The notes beneath the pieces were generated by a model, which saw only the letters and a program-made list of their open reading frames with translations, was not told where the DNA came from and made no database searches. Both the position numbers and the translations under genes were made by a program. Below, one piece after another: positions 27,204-40,800 of a stretch of 64,000 bases of DNA (position 1 is the stretch's first letter; each line of letters opens with the position of its first letter). Origin of the DNA: Chrysomallon squamiferum (taxonomy: Eukaryota; Animalia; Mollusca). The stretch is from the NCBI GenBank assembly GCA_012295275.1, contig CM022679.1, positions 5,518,001 through 5,582,000 of the forward strand. Reading direction: 5' to 3'.

Positions 27204-28523
27204 AGGCATTTAGCCTCATCCCCAAGACCGTCAGACATCAGGCCTAATGACTAAAATTTCCAGGAATTGCCCAAATGACTGCATTTTGCTTTGTATTGTT
27301 TGACATATTGCCTGATAGCAGTTCGGGCAATCATGGGTTTAATGCTTTGGTTACATCTGTTCATGTAGGGATTAGTGGTTCAATTCAATTCTTTATTATC
27401 GTAATCTTTACAGCTTATTGATACACAATATCAATAATAAAAAAATGCAAGAAGTACAAATAGTGACAGTAATATAGCACATAAATTGGAGATAATATAG
27501 CACATAAATTATATATAACTAACCAAAACTACTTCTACTTGGAATGCTTTAAACAAATATTTTCCCTAATTACACAGTGATTTCTTATTTTCAATCTCAT
27601 CCTCAAACTCACCACTGTTATATAATATAAATATTCTTTCTGCTCTCAGTATTCCTACATCTCCCAGTCTCAGCCGCCAGCTGATGTGAAGATAGCCTCA
27701 CTTTTGTTAAGTATCTGTTATAGATCATTGGTTTAGATAAAACTAAATAAAACTGAATTATCATATACTTTTTGTTTAATTATACAAATATATTTTAATA
27801 TTTTCATTGAACTGGTCGTTCTCTATCCATATGTATCCCAATCCCAATTCATATAAATATTTCCTTATAAAAGTCACCCAATTCATTTTTTTGTAATATA
27901 AAGTAAACATTGTTGTACTAATTATTTTCAACCAATATTTAATCATTTGATAAGTACGGTCACCAAAAAAATGGGAATCTACCCAATTTATAATATTTGG
28001 GGTTGACCCTTTAACATTTAAAATATTTTTACAAAAATCTAAGTGAATTTTCTCAATAACAACTGCTTTTTGAAAATCCCATATCTCACTACCATAAAAG
28101 AGAACACTAGTTAAATATGTGTCTAAAAGTCCAGTAGAGAAATAACCAGTCTGAGGTATGTCCCCAGAGACTATTGTAGGATGATGTGAACAGAGAATGC
28201 ACAGTCATCTGGTTGCAGTGTCAGTGTTTGTGAAGTGCAACTGTGAGGGGACTCAGAGCTGGGAAACAAAATATTGTAAATGTTTAAGGAACAATCTTTT
28301 GTGCAGTTCAAGTTGTCACTCAAGTTTGAACTGCTGTAAGAAACAGAACACTGCTTGATGTGTTTCGAAATAAATGTTTTCATGCAACTGCAAGTTATTC
28401 TCTCTTGCATTCAGTCATTTTGCCTAATGACTAGATGTCTATTTCAGTTGTTTTGTCTAATTCCTGGAAATTGTAGTCCTTAGGCCAAATGCCGTACAAT
28501 CTTGGGCATTAGGCTAAATGCCT
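27204..28523 (+). mobile_element. Decayed DNA transposon with long TIRs and a Ginger2/KRBA2-SCAND3-like integrase C-terminal Cys-rich remnant
   Basis: Inverted arms 27204-27281 (aggcatttagcc..atttccaggaatt) and ~28445-28523 (aattcctggaaat..ggctaaatgcct). Internal + frame 28227-28358 reads FVKCNCEGTQSWETKYCKCLRNNLLCSSSCHSSLNCCKK, typical of the 'GQGFVKCNC..CKC...CNSRCH..C' tail. Superfamily assignment is from motif recall. Confidence 0.65.
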
Positions 28524-28943
28524 CAACTAGTTTGACATACTGACTGTAACATATAAATACAGACATATATATATATGGGGGGGTGTTTGGGTCTGGGTGT
28601 GTGTGCATGTGTGTATGTGAGTGTGTGTGTATATACATGTCACACAGACAGAATAAATTATGACATATGTAAATTGAACTATTAGGAAATTGTAGTCCGT
28701 TCTAACAGTTAATGTGTTTAAATAAAAGTAAAGAAAAATGCACCAAATCTAGCCTGTTAACAAAAACAATTACTACAACAACAAATTCAATTTGTTAGAA
28801 AAAAACCACAAAAAAAACACAGGTTCACCCAATCTCATGGTTTAGGGGAGATGACTCTAAACTATTAAACGTTTAACGTAATGAATTATTTTCCTTACTC
28901 AATAAACTGAATGAATAAATGAGCTTTCAGTCAGACTGTACAC

Positions 28944-29494
28944 CAGTCATGGGCAGGGTTGGATTTAATGTGCTTGCCGCCCATAGGCTAAAGAAATTTT
29001 ACCGCCCCCGCCTCAAGGCTCAAGTCCCCTTCACCATTCCGACTTAGTTTATATAATATGAATGGATATAACTTATGATCTAGTTGAAAGCAAAAACATG
29101 GTTTTACATTTACATAATGATTTATTTATAAATCAAATGTGAAAATACGAATTTATGTATACGTAAACTGCCGCCCTAGGCACTAGCCTAGAAAGCCTAT
29201 ATGAGAAATCCGGCCCTGATCATCGGCAAACTGCGGCCCGCCTAATTTCAGAAGGAAAATACCGTTAATTTCAGAAGGAAAATAACGTAAATTCCTATTT
29301 TATATAACGAGTCTATTTTTTATCTACTAATTTATATTATTATTACAACAGTTCCTGAAGTAAATGAAAATGAAAAATTTCTTAAAGTAAACGCTACATA
29401 AAAACACAAAATCGCCTAAATTAGTACCTGCAACCACCTGAGGATGAGCCGTATCTCATGTGGCCCGCTTCTCGAAAAAGGTTACACATGCCTG
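28944..29494. mobile_element. hAT-type MITE (outer element) with 8-bp TSD
   Basis: Left end CAGTCATGGG(CAAACTGCGGCCCGC), right end GGCCCGC..AAAAAGGTTACACATGCCTG. Flanked by ctgtacac (28936-28943) and ctttacac (29495-29502). Confidence 0.75.
28954..29218. mobile_element. hAT-type MITE (inner element) nested in the left TIR of the outer MITE
   Basis: TIRs CAGGGTTGGATTT..AAATCCGGCCCTG, subterminal GCCGCCC(TAGGC) motifs, degenerate 8-bp TSD gtcatggg / atcatcgg. Confidence 0.75.
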
Positions 29495-29891
29495 CTTTAC
29501 ACCATTGAACTGGAGAGGAGAAATCGGGAGTCACGAGTTATCGTTCCCGTTGGTCCACGCTACTCACGGAAAATATTCTAAGGTACAAGTTATATGCGGA
29601 TAGTAAGCTGCATTTGTTCATATTGTGATAATAATTATAATATGTCTGTGTGTCTGTGTGTCTGTGTGTTTTTAGCCACACGCATACAACTGCGACGATC
29701 ATTTTACTTAAATTATCGCTGCATTCATTGAGCAACTTCCTTCAACAACACTGGAATAAAGGCAGCGAATAATAACAGCGAACAGTTTATCGCATGTCAG
29801 TTCTTTCAAACAAATATTTCCCTGTTTGAATAACGGTATAAATTGTAAGATACTAAACATATAGTTTTTTATATAAAATAAAGGACGCGTC

Positions 29892-29970
<79 letters not shown>

Positions 29971-30539
29971 TTTTTATTTTTATTTTATTTTTTAATTCGA
30001 GGTAGATACGTCATACGACTACTGGTTATTATACGCTGAAGCTGGAAATGAAAAGAAAAACTACCTAATAATGCACTTTGTTACTGAGTTATTTCCTATG
30101 ATATCCTGTTGATGAATTATTTTCCTTACTCGATAAACTGAATGAATAAATGAGCTGGAATCACGAGTTTCCGTTTAATTATAAATCAAATGTGAAAATA
30201 CGAATTTATGTATACGTAAACTGCCGCCCCTATCATCCTGCCGCCCTAGGCTCTAGCCTAGAAAGCCTGTATGAGAAATCCTGATCATAGGCAAACTGCG
30301 GGCTACCTAATTTCAGAAGGAAAATACCGTTAATTCAAATTTTATATAATCACATAATGAGTCTATTTTTTATCTACTAATATACTAAAACACATGTAAT
30401 TTTTGTTTTTATTCCAACAGTTCCTGAAGTAAATGAAAATGAAAAACTTCTTAAAGTAAACTCTACATAAAAACAGAAAATCGCCTACATTAGTACCTGC
30501 AACCACCTGAGGATGAGCCATATCTTATGTGGCCTGCTT

Positions 30540-30935
30540 TACACCATTGAACTGGAGAGGAGAAATCGGGAATCACGAGTTATCGTTCCCGTTGGTCCAC
30601 GCTACTGATGGAAACTATTCTAAGGTACAAGTTATAAGCGGATAGTAAGCTGCATGAGTTCATATTCTGATAATAATTATAATATGTGTGTGTGTGTGTG
30701 TGTGCCTGTGTGTTTTTAGCCACACACATACAACTGCGACGATCACCTTAATTAAATTATCGCTGCATTCATTGAGTAACTTCCTTCAACAACACTGGAA
30801 TAAAGGCAGCGAATAATAACAGCGAACAGTTTATCGCATGTCAGTTCTTTCAAACAAATATTTCCCTGTTTGAATAACAGTATAAATTCTAAGATACTAA
30901 ACATATAGTTTTTTATATAAAATAAAGGACGCGTC

Positions 30936-30970
<35 letters not shown>

Positions 30971-31350
30971 TATTTATTTTTATTTTTATTTTATTTTTTA
31001 ATTCGAGGTAGATACGTCATACGACTACTGGTTATTATACGCTGAAGCTGGAAATGAAAAGAAAAACTACCTAATAATGCACTTTGTTACTGAGTTATTT
31101 CCTATGATATCCTGTTGCATTAACCAACCAATAACTCTTTGACACAAGGGTTCTAAATGTTCGCGGGCTTCCTTTTAGCACAAATAGCCAATAGTGTGTT
31201 TTGGGTTTTTTTTTTGTGTGTGTGGGTTTTTTTATTTTATTTCAATAGCACAAATTATCGTCCTGAGCTACCAAATGTAAACAGAAGATAAAACAATCTT
31301 TCTTATAAAACTGCTACTGAATGTTCATTGTTGGAAACGGTATAACCGAG
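30540..31350 (+). promoter_or_regulatory. Putative promoter / first exon region of TRPM copy 2 (homologues ~5400-6220 and ~55650-56467)
   Basis: Locally CpG-enriched and conserved upstream of all three copies (acaactgcgacgatc, ctggaaatgaaaagaaaaactacc). Ends in a candidate donor accgag|gtattt. Confidence 0.4.
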
Positions 31351-31629
31351 GTATTTTTCTGAAAATAATAATTATAAAATGACAAAATATGCTAAACTAT
31401 TACTAGTATTAGTGTCTATTTAAATATATATTTTCTGATACCATAAAGATTAAATGGCATAAGCAGGTGTTTGTTACTATGTTAGTTGATCGTTTTATGT
31501 AACGGTCATTTTATTGTTGTTGTTTTTTGTTTGTTTTTTTTACTTTAGTTTCTACCGTTTTCGGTTAGTCATTTATTACAGCTGTAGTTTTGATTTACTT
31601 ATTCGTAATAAAAGTATTTAATTTCATAA

Positions 31630-31662
<33 letters not shown>

Positions 31663-31953
31663 TCGTGTTTTTTTTGTTTGTTTGTTTGTTGTTGTTTTTT
31701 TGTTTTTTTAAATTTGCATACACATTTCAAAACTGTTATACTTGCATTTTTTTATTTATTAGTACCAGTAGTAATAGAAAAACGGCATGCAGAAGAATCT
31801 TGCAAGACTCCTTAGTTCCTTAATTTCATCAGTTTAGTTCCCAGACACAGAAATCAACAGACAAAGCCACGGCTTTGTAACTAATGCCTACATCATAAAT
31901 GTTTTGATTACACCAACCCTGTCTAAATTGAGTTTCCATCCAACTCATCAGAT

Positions 31954-32000
31954 ATGTCCACAAAGACAAAGGTCAGCAGATTTTCAATAACATAAGAGTT

Positions 32001-32060
<60 letters not shown>

Positions 32061-35000
32061 CAGATAGATATAAAATAACTTTTAATTTTTTCTTTCTTTC
32101 TTTTTAAGTATGAAGAGTGAAATTAAATCCAATCTTTGTAGACCTGTAACAAAGTATAACCGAGGTTTTCATATAGCCCAAGTATTCTCTGGCACAGAGA
32201 CAAATGTCTGTCTGAGCTGAGGACACTTGGGCTACGGTGTTATAGTGATTAATTTTATGTTTTATACAAACGTAAATGAATTCATATATGTACAGAATTT
32301 AAAGTTTTTGTATTTAAATCTTTGTATATGTGTATTTATGCATGTATGTGTGGTGTGTGCGTGTGTAATTACTGGTGTCAGAAATGTACAGCTTGTTGCC
32401 TGCAAGGTCTGAATCAGCTGAAAATTGCTGTCATTTCCCAGATTGTAATACAAAGCAATCAAAATGCTCTTTAGTTATTGGGCTTAAGAGCAAATTTCAG
32501 TGAGCATCTAACTGAGATCTGACCAAGGAATGAATCTGGAAACAAATAAGAAGTATCGATAAATTAAATGCTTGAAATCTGTGCGTTCATCCTTCTGTGT
32601 ATAAATTTGTGTAAGATCAAATTTTCTTTTTGTAAAATGATCTATAATATACAAAAAACTCTGTGTGTGTGTGTTTAAATATATATTCATATCTCTGTAT
32701 ATGTTTCAATCTATTTGACTATTTTAGGAAAGTGTTGTAAGCTTTATCACTTCAAACTTTGTTCAAAGAGAATGCAGTAAATATGCAATAACCAATGAAT
32801 CAAAAAGGTAAAGCAAATACTTTTATGATCACGTAATTTATTTACATCTTTTATGAAATGTTCAAATTATTATTTTTTTTTAATTTATATCTTTGAAAAA
32901 CTAGACATAAAATATTCTGTCTGTTTAATGTAGATACTGTTAGATTCATTTTTTATCTTCTCAAACATTTTTTTCTTTTGTCAAACTTTTACATTAATCT
33001 GAAACATTGACTAATTGTTTTTATTTCTCTAAAATGTGTTTTCCTTAATTGAATTATAGTAATAGAATTATTATTGTTATTATTTTCTTTTTAATTTAAA
33101 TAGACTTTTAATATTATTTATTAATAATTTCTATTTAAAGTGATAATTGTCAGTGTGGACGTACATATCAATGGCATACAACGAGAAACATAGACACCCA
33201 GTTGAATACAAAAGGTATTAAATGGAAGACAAAAACACACACCAAGGAAATCAGATGTAATTCATTTGGAGAAATCAATTTCCAGAGTTTTGATCATCGT
33301 GCACAAAATTCTCCTGTAAATACTACTTAATCAGTTTTGTTTGTTGAATTTGAATTTACTAAAACAGAAAAATCAGAAAAGTAATAATGTATAATATTCG
33401 TTTTTCATGGACAAATATATTTATAACATAGTCAGGAAGATATTATTTTGTAAATAATATTAATCAGTTTTGTTAGCTGATTTTCAAATTGTACTGAAAT
33501 CAGAAAAAGAGTAAAGTACGTGTTGATGGACAGACAGATGTTATTATTATTATTTTTTTTTTTTATAATGTATTCAGGAATGTATGCACAGCACAACTAC
33601 TGATTGAAATCATTTCAAATTCATGGGTTATGTTATTTGTCTTTATCTCTGTGTGTGTGTGTGTGTGGTTATATTATTCTAATTATAATACTGTTATTTT
33701 TATTAATATTTATTTATTTATTGTGATTGTATTGTTGTTGTTGTTGCTATTTGTAAAACTATTTTTTACTACAGTATGTAAGACTTGACAGTAATACTGA
33801 GCTAGATAAAGTCTGGAAACTCTTGACAGAACACTGGAATCTCAAAAGGCCAAAGTTTCTGATCTCAGTTACTGGTAGTTCCAAATATTTTGATGTGAAA
33901 CCAGAAACGAAAAGGATTCTAAAAAAAGCAGTGTGCCATGCTGCCATTAGCACTGGTTTATACATAGAGATATACACAAGTTTTAAACAGCTTTATTTTG
34001 ATTTTAAACATTTAAACATTTTTGCCTTTCTAGTCACAGTATGAATCTATTAAAAGTCAGTTGAATTTTGACACATAAACAATTTATATCTAGCTTTATT
34101 TATATTTTAAATATTTGTTACCTTTATAATAACTGCAAGAAAGTAATATGTCAGTAGTTACATTTTTAATTTGTTTCTAAGAAAGTGAATAACAATTTAT
34201 TCAGCTTTATTACTTCTGTTTTATTTTATTTATTGTTTTCTATTTCTAAGGGATTTAAGTATACAGAGATATTTACTCTCTTTTTTATTTCTGTTTTATT
34301 TTATTTGTTGTTTTCTAATTCTAAGGGATTTAAGTATACAGAGATATTTACTTTTTTTTATTTCTATTGTAAATTTGTCTTACTAATATTTATTGTTTGT
34401 TCTGAGGTGTTTTTTGTTTTTGTTGTTTTTATTTATTTATTTTTAGTATTTTTTTTATTTTTTAATTTTTTTTAATTTAATTTTTTTATTTTTTTGCTTG
34501 TTTCATTACTTTTCTTTTTAATTGTAATTTGTAGGAGCTTGGATTATTACAGGAGGTAGAGGAACAGGCATTATGAAGATGATCGGAGAAGCTGTACATG
34601 AATATGCAATGGGTCATTGTTTCTCAGATGAAAAAATTGTGACCCTTGGTATAACAACGTGGGGAATAGTTTCCAACAGATCTGCTTTAGAGGCAGAAGG
34701 GGTGAGTTTGAATTGGCTGTGCTTGTACTGCATAATTATGTGTACTCTGGTAAACTTCAGAATATATTCTGAACTGATATAACTTTAATAAGTTAATAAA
34801 TAATAACCATAACAAAATATAAATGGAAAATCAGAACCCAAAGTTTAAAGAATTAATAATTGTAGTTGGCTAAAGATTTCATTTTTTGAGTGCTCTGTTT
34901 AACAAAGATAACTTAATCTATTTTTTAAAATTTAGAATTAAAATATAAACTGTATTATCACCTTATATACATATTTGTCTAGTGTGTTAGTATATCATGT

Positions 35001-35601
35001 ATCATCTGTGTTAAGGTATTTTGTATATTTTTAAGAAACTACTCTCACTCTTTATCTCTGTTTTTATCTTTCACTTTGTACACTTTGTTTTTTTATTTTA
35101 TAATTTGAATAAAATTTAATAATATTTTAGAATGGACAGTTTCCTGCAACATATGACATTCAAGATATCCAGATGGATGCTAAAGGTGCCCCATTAGATC
35201 ACAATCATTCCCACTTCTTACTTGTTGACGATGGAACAGAAAATAAATATGGAAGGGAAATAAAATTCAGAAAAGATCTTGAAAGATATATATCGAAAAA
35301 TGAGAAAAAAGACCTTCCTCAGAATCAAAGTAAGCACAATAGAATAATAAATGACAGTTTCAGAGAAAAGATGAATGTGAATGTACAATAATATGTGTAT
35401 GTAACTAATGGTTTGTGTGTACTGATATGTACAAATAATATAAGAAGTTTGTGTCTGAAACAGTAATGAGCATTTTATGATAACAGTAAGTGTAATCAAA
35501 TTTATTTAAAATTGTGCGTGTGTGTGTGTACGTATGTATGTATGTGTGTGTATATATATGTATACATGTTTGTGTGTATGTGTGTTCATAGAGCATATGT
35601 A

Positions 35602-35637
<36 letters not shown>

Positions 35638-37844
35638 CATACATATATATATGTGTTTGTGAATATGTATATGTGTAGGGGGGTGGCTGTGTGTGATTGA
35701 TTTTCATAACCTCCAAATATAAAATTGTTTTGTATGAAAATTATTAGGGCAAGTGTCTTACTATATATAGAATTTTATATACTGAACAACCATTATAACA
35801 TATTAAAATGTTGATTAAACAGAAGGTGATACTTACAGTTTAATTTAGTATACACAACAAGATCAAGAATCATAATGTAGTTGAGTAAGTATCAAATATA
35901 TTCTTTTACATAGAATTATTTGTAAACTACAAATAGCAAAATATCTGACTTCACTTATTGTAACAGAACTTTACTTTTTATTCCTCCAGGTGAATTTGTT
36001 CCCACTGTGACTTTGGTGCTGGCAGGTGAACTAGATACCTTGCGAAATGTCAGTCAAGCTGTCATACAAGAAACACCCGTTGTTGTCATACAGGGAACAG
36101 GGAAAGCAGCAGATTTGATCTCTCTTGGTTATAAACTTAGTGAAAATGAGTGAGTTTCCATATTTACTTTTTAGATACTGCTGTTGTTGTTATTCTTCGA
36201 CTTATCATTATTATCAATCTTTATCTGTCTTGGTTATAAATTTACAAAATTTCGGAAAAACAAGTGAGTTTCCATACTTTTTTTCTGATAGACTTTATTG
36301 TCCTTGTTATTCCCATTGCCTTTGTTATTAATACTACTATTATTTTATTATTTTCAGTTTCCCCTTTCTATTATTATTATGGTTATTACTAATTTTGTTT
36401 TTGTTAGATTGGTTGCTTGCTGTAGTAGGAAATTGAGTAGCTGTTGCCTTTGCACATTATTAGAAAGATTGTTTATTTACTGCTTTCTGTCACTGGAAAA
36501 ACTTAAACAAGACTCCACTGAAACTGAAATATCCTGATTAGTAAAGAAAGATTATAACAGCAATGATGTTTTTTAATTATATATTACAAAATAAAATGCT
36601 GAAGAAGATTTATAACATTTTAATTTCAATCACTCATTATTAGTACTAAATGTATTTCTTTTTCAAATCCTAGGAAATATGCTTTTGACAAAAAAATGAC
36701 AGACAGTGCCAAAAAAATGTTTGTGTGGGATGGAACGAAAGACAAAGTGAAAATAGGAAAGTGTTTAAAATATCTGAAAAGAACTTTAAAGCATAAAAAC
36801 CTGGTAAATACATCTACAGTAATATATTTCATCAAAATTATGATGTTTGGATGAAGCTAATTCAATTATAAATATAAAAAGAAAAATTAAAGAAAAACAG
36901 TTCCATGAAAACATTTTATATTTGTCTTATGTTCTAACACCTCCCCTCTCAAAAACAAACAAACAAAAAAATCCCAGCATAAACTAATTTATAGACACAA
37001 AATGTTTGAATTGTATTGTACTGTTTAAACTGGAGGCACTAAAAGCAGTAGCTGTCATACATAATTCCACAAAAACTGTTTATTTTTGCATCATAGATTT
37101 TTTCAATAATTTGTTTCAGGTTACAATTTTTGATCTTGAGACAGCAAATGCCAATAAGAATATTAACCAAGCAATTCTCAGTGCCTTGATTAAAGGTTAT
37201 TTGTGATTTTTATTACTGTCTGAGAAATCAAATAATAATATATATATATATAAATAACTGGGCCATAATAGAAAAAGTTACAGTTCACTGAACTTTATTC
37301 CAGAGCATTGGCTTGAGTGACAAGTCCTTTGATTGGCCTACTTGGTACCATCCAGATGGGAAAAGGCTCATAGCATCTTCTTGATAGGTTTATATATGTA
37401 GATAATAAAATCAGATGATGGCCTTTCGTATCAAGTAGCTTTCTGTCATTTTCACCCAGAAATCTTTCTTAAGATGAGCTTATATTGGTACCATCAAATT
37501 TAAGAAACAGATAACCTTCTTTTATACATGCCAATAATAATTTTCTTAAAAGGTATCTGATGCCAAGAACACTTCATAATAAAAATGTTGAGTGTTTATT
37601 TGTTCTAACATAGTTTTAGTTAATGTTACAATAAATCTGGTATATCATCAGTTAACAGGAAACATAATTTCATTCATTTGTTTCAGCTTCAGAATTTTTT
37701 TTAGATGACTTTAAATGATTAGAATTAACTTGTGACACAGTTTCTGATTTTGGCAGATATTCCAACAGAGTGATGAGGAAAAGCTGCAATCCAAGAAACG
37801 GTAGCTTAATCAGGGATCTGTTATATCTGGAGCCATACTTTTCA

Positions 37845-37875
<31 letters not shown>

Positions 37876-40800
37876 TAGGATATGGAATTGATAGAAGATA
37901 AAAACATAGACAATTTGAGTGACAAATTGTTATTATAGATAGGGTGATTTAATATTCCTGTTTGTGTTAATATTGAAATAACATGATACTGAAATATCAT
38001 AACAGTATCTGCAAAAATTGATCTTGGCTCATTTGTTTAAATTTCAGTATTTTTCTGTGTGGCTGAACATGAATTACTTTAAATGAGAGGAAAAGCTGAA
38101 ATCTGAAAATGTTTTAGTTTGACCCAAAACTGGTGATCAAGGTTTGAGGTTTATACAGATATTATGATGAGGAATTGTTTGGAGGATTCAAAACACACAA
38201 CTTAAATGCTGAATTGTTATTATACAATGATTTTATGAAAAGTTATTTCTGATTAAGTTTTGCCCACCCCAAAAATGTGCTTCAAGATTTTCTCCACAGA
38301 TTATACAGTTTTCACAGTGAAAATGATAGAAAGCTACTCAGTTCTCTCATTTTATTATCTACACAGAACTATCAAGAAAACACTATGACACTTTCACCCT
38401 CAGGGTGGTACCAAATTTTGCTCTGTCTCATGGACTATTCTGCATATCCCTCTTTAAAAAATGTATTTTATTTATTTATCCATATTTATAAAATATTTAA
38501 ATTTATAAATAGACTGGTTTACATTATATGAATAATTTACATCACTTTTAGCCAAGAAAGTAGATGCAAGTACTCAGCTAAAATTGGCTCTTGAGTGGAA
38601 TTGCTGTGACATTGCCAGGAATAAAATACTCACCAAAGAAAACCTGAAGGTAACTTAATTAGTTTCTGTTTGCAGAATATACTTTACTAACCCATATCAG
38701 TGTTAAACATGTATAAAAAGTGCTGAAACACTACCTAACACTGAATGCATTCTGGAGTTCAGAGTAATGATTCTCAAGCATAATAATATGTTGTTAAAAT
38801 CTGTTACATAACATTATTACCTATTTTACTGATTTGTCATTCCTGGCTAAGATATAACTAGATAAAAAGATACAGTAAAATTAATTATTTCCTTATATTT
38901 TTATTTTTACTTTCATTTGTTTTGTACATCCTAATTATTTTGTAATCTTATTGTTTTTGTTATTATTATTTATATATTTATTTATTTATTTATTTATTTG
39001 TTTTTAATTCAGAATATAAATTTAAATGATGCAATGATGACAGCTCTTCAGGAAGATAAAGCAGACTTTGTAAATCTTTTCATTGACAGTGGTGTTGACT
39101 TAAAGGAATTTTTAACCAATGAAAACCTTCAGAGTCTCTATCATCAAGTAAGTTAAAATTACCTATTGTTATTATTATATAAAAAAAAAAAATTAAATTA
39201 TTATCTTATGTTCATTTACTTTACTAAATTTGATTGTTAAATTATTATTATTATTTTCTGATTATTTCTTAATTTTTAAAAATGTTTTATATCTTTCAAT
39301 ATTTTTTTCTTTTTGTTATTATTCATGTTATTATTCTTTATATATATATATATTTCTCATCTTTTAAAGTTAATTTTCCATTTTTTAATTGCCTTTTTTT
39401 TCTTCTTCTTTTTTAACAATCTCAGACAATCAAATTTATTTGGGATTTGTTCTTATTATTTGATTATTTTAATTTTTTTGCTCCAGCATGATAATAACAA
39501 ATATGACACCCAGATACAGTTTTTAACAAATCTGATTAACCATGTCAGGGTAAGTATTTTGATTATTTAACTCAGTATCACACTGACTAACCACACCACT
39601 TATAGCTGGTAGATTATGGGACATAGAAGATTTTATGCAAACAGTGTAGAAAAATATAATATGATCTTAATATCCTTTTCTAACAGTGTTTTCTAACCAC
39701 CCGTTGTAGTTTGTTTTATATAATGCACAAAATAAAAGACACATACATGTGTCATATGTTGCTTTTATTTTGTGCATTATGTGTCTATTGATTATCATAT
39801 TTACATTACATTATACTTTACTTTAAAAATTAATAATAAAGCTGTTTCTTTTTATTCATATCACTTTGGTTTTTTCTCACTAATATAATTATTATGTCAT
39901 TCTGTGTTTATTTCTGCAGGACAAATCAACAAAAGATAATCAAATCTTGAAAGATGTCAATAAACTCATTGAATTCCTGCTGAAACAACAGCCATTTAAC
40001 TTCTACTCAGGTATGCATTCCACAGACTATATTATTCAGGCCGTTTCTGTATTTCTGACAGTGTTACAAAAAAGAAGTATATAAATGCAAACAAATAAAT
40101 AAAACATATAAATGCCCTGCAGTTGTTGCTTAGTCTTCGTCATAGTTCATGTTTTGTTACAGGAGTCAAAATTATTTTCAGGTCTTCCTGTGAAATGACA
40201 TTCTCATATGTGATATTATTGTAATGTAATCCATTGTAGTGACACTTAAACATAATTTATAGTAGTTTCATAATCTTATAAAATCAATGAAACAAAGGTG
40301 TACAAAATAATTGAAAGTGACTAAATAAACAAGAAACATTATTTGGGTTTTATTTCTTCAGTTTTACTTTTATTTATTTATTTATTTATTTTAGTTTAGT
40401 AGGGTTTTTTTAGGTTTTTTTTTAAATTTTATAATACTTTTTCAAAATGTTTTCAAAATTTATGGCAGTGCTTGCTTTAAATGAAATATAAACTAAAATT
40501 AACTATATTATGCCTAAAAATAATTACCATAAAAATTGAAAACTGCAATCTTGAATTTACTAAAACATAGCCACATTACTTCCAGAGCGTGAAGTGTCAT
40601 TATTTAAGCAAACCACTACTGAATACTTCAGAAATAAACACATTTACACATTCATGCATAATCAGGCAGTTAAGTAATGCACATATTTAGATTACTTTTA
40701 AATTAGTTTTTATTGCAGTTTTACTTATTAGATATTCTCTTTATAATTTACATAATTTTCATTTTATAATCCTAATATGCTTTTATCAGTTTAATTTTAA

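Larger units (their letters stand above)
28880..31110. repeat. ~1.0-1.2 kb near-tandem duplication of the upstream/promoter region of copy 2
   Basis: 28880-30112 and 30113-31110 share the start atgaattattttccttactc, MITE remnants, the CpG-containing block and ..tcctatgatatcctgttg. The second unit is nearly identical to 55240-56232. Confidence 0.85.

Noticed and set aside
28171-28410. Cys-rich minus-strand ORF
   Set aside because: Antisense shadow of the + strand transposase Cys-rich remnant.
29538-29735. Minus ORF containing VWLKT..VDQ, reminiscent of GH38 GWLKTVDQ, or a divergent first exon
   Set aside because: Motif pieces are far apart, span a (GT)n tract and lack HxD; the putative donor is not conserved in the duplicate blocks.
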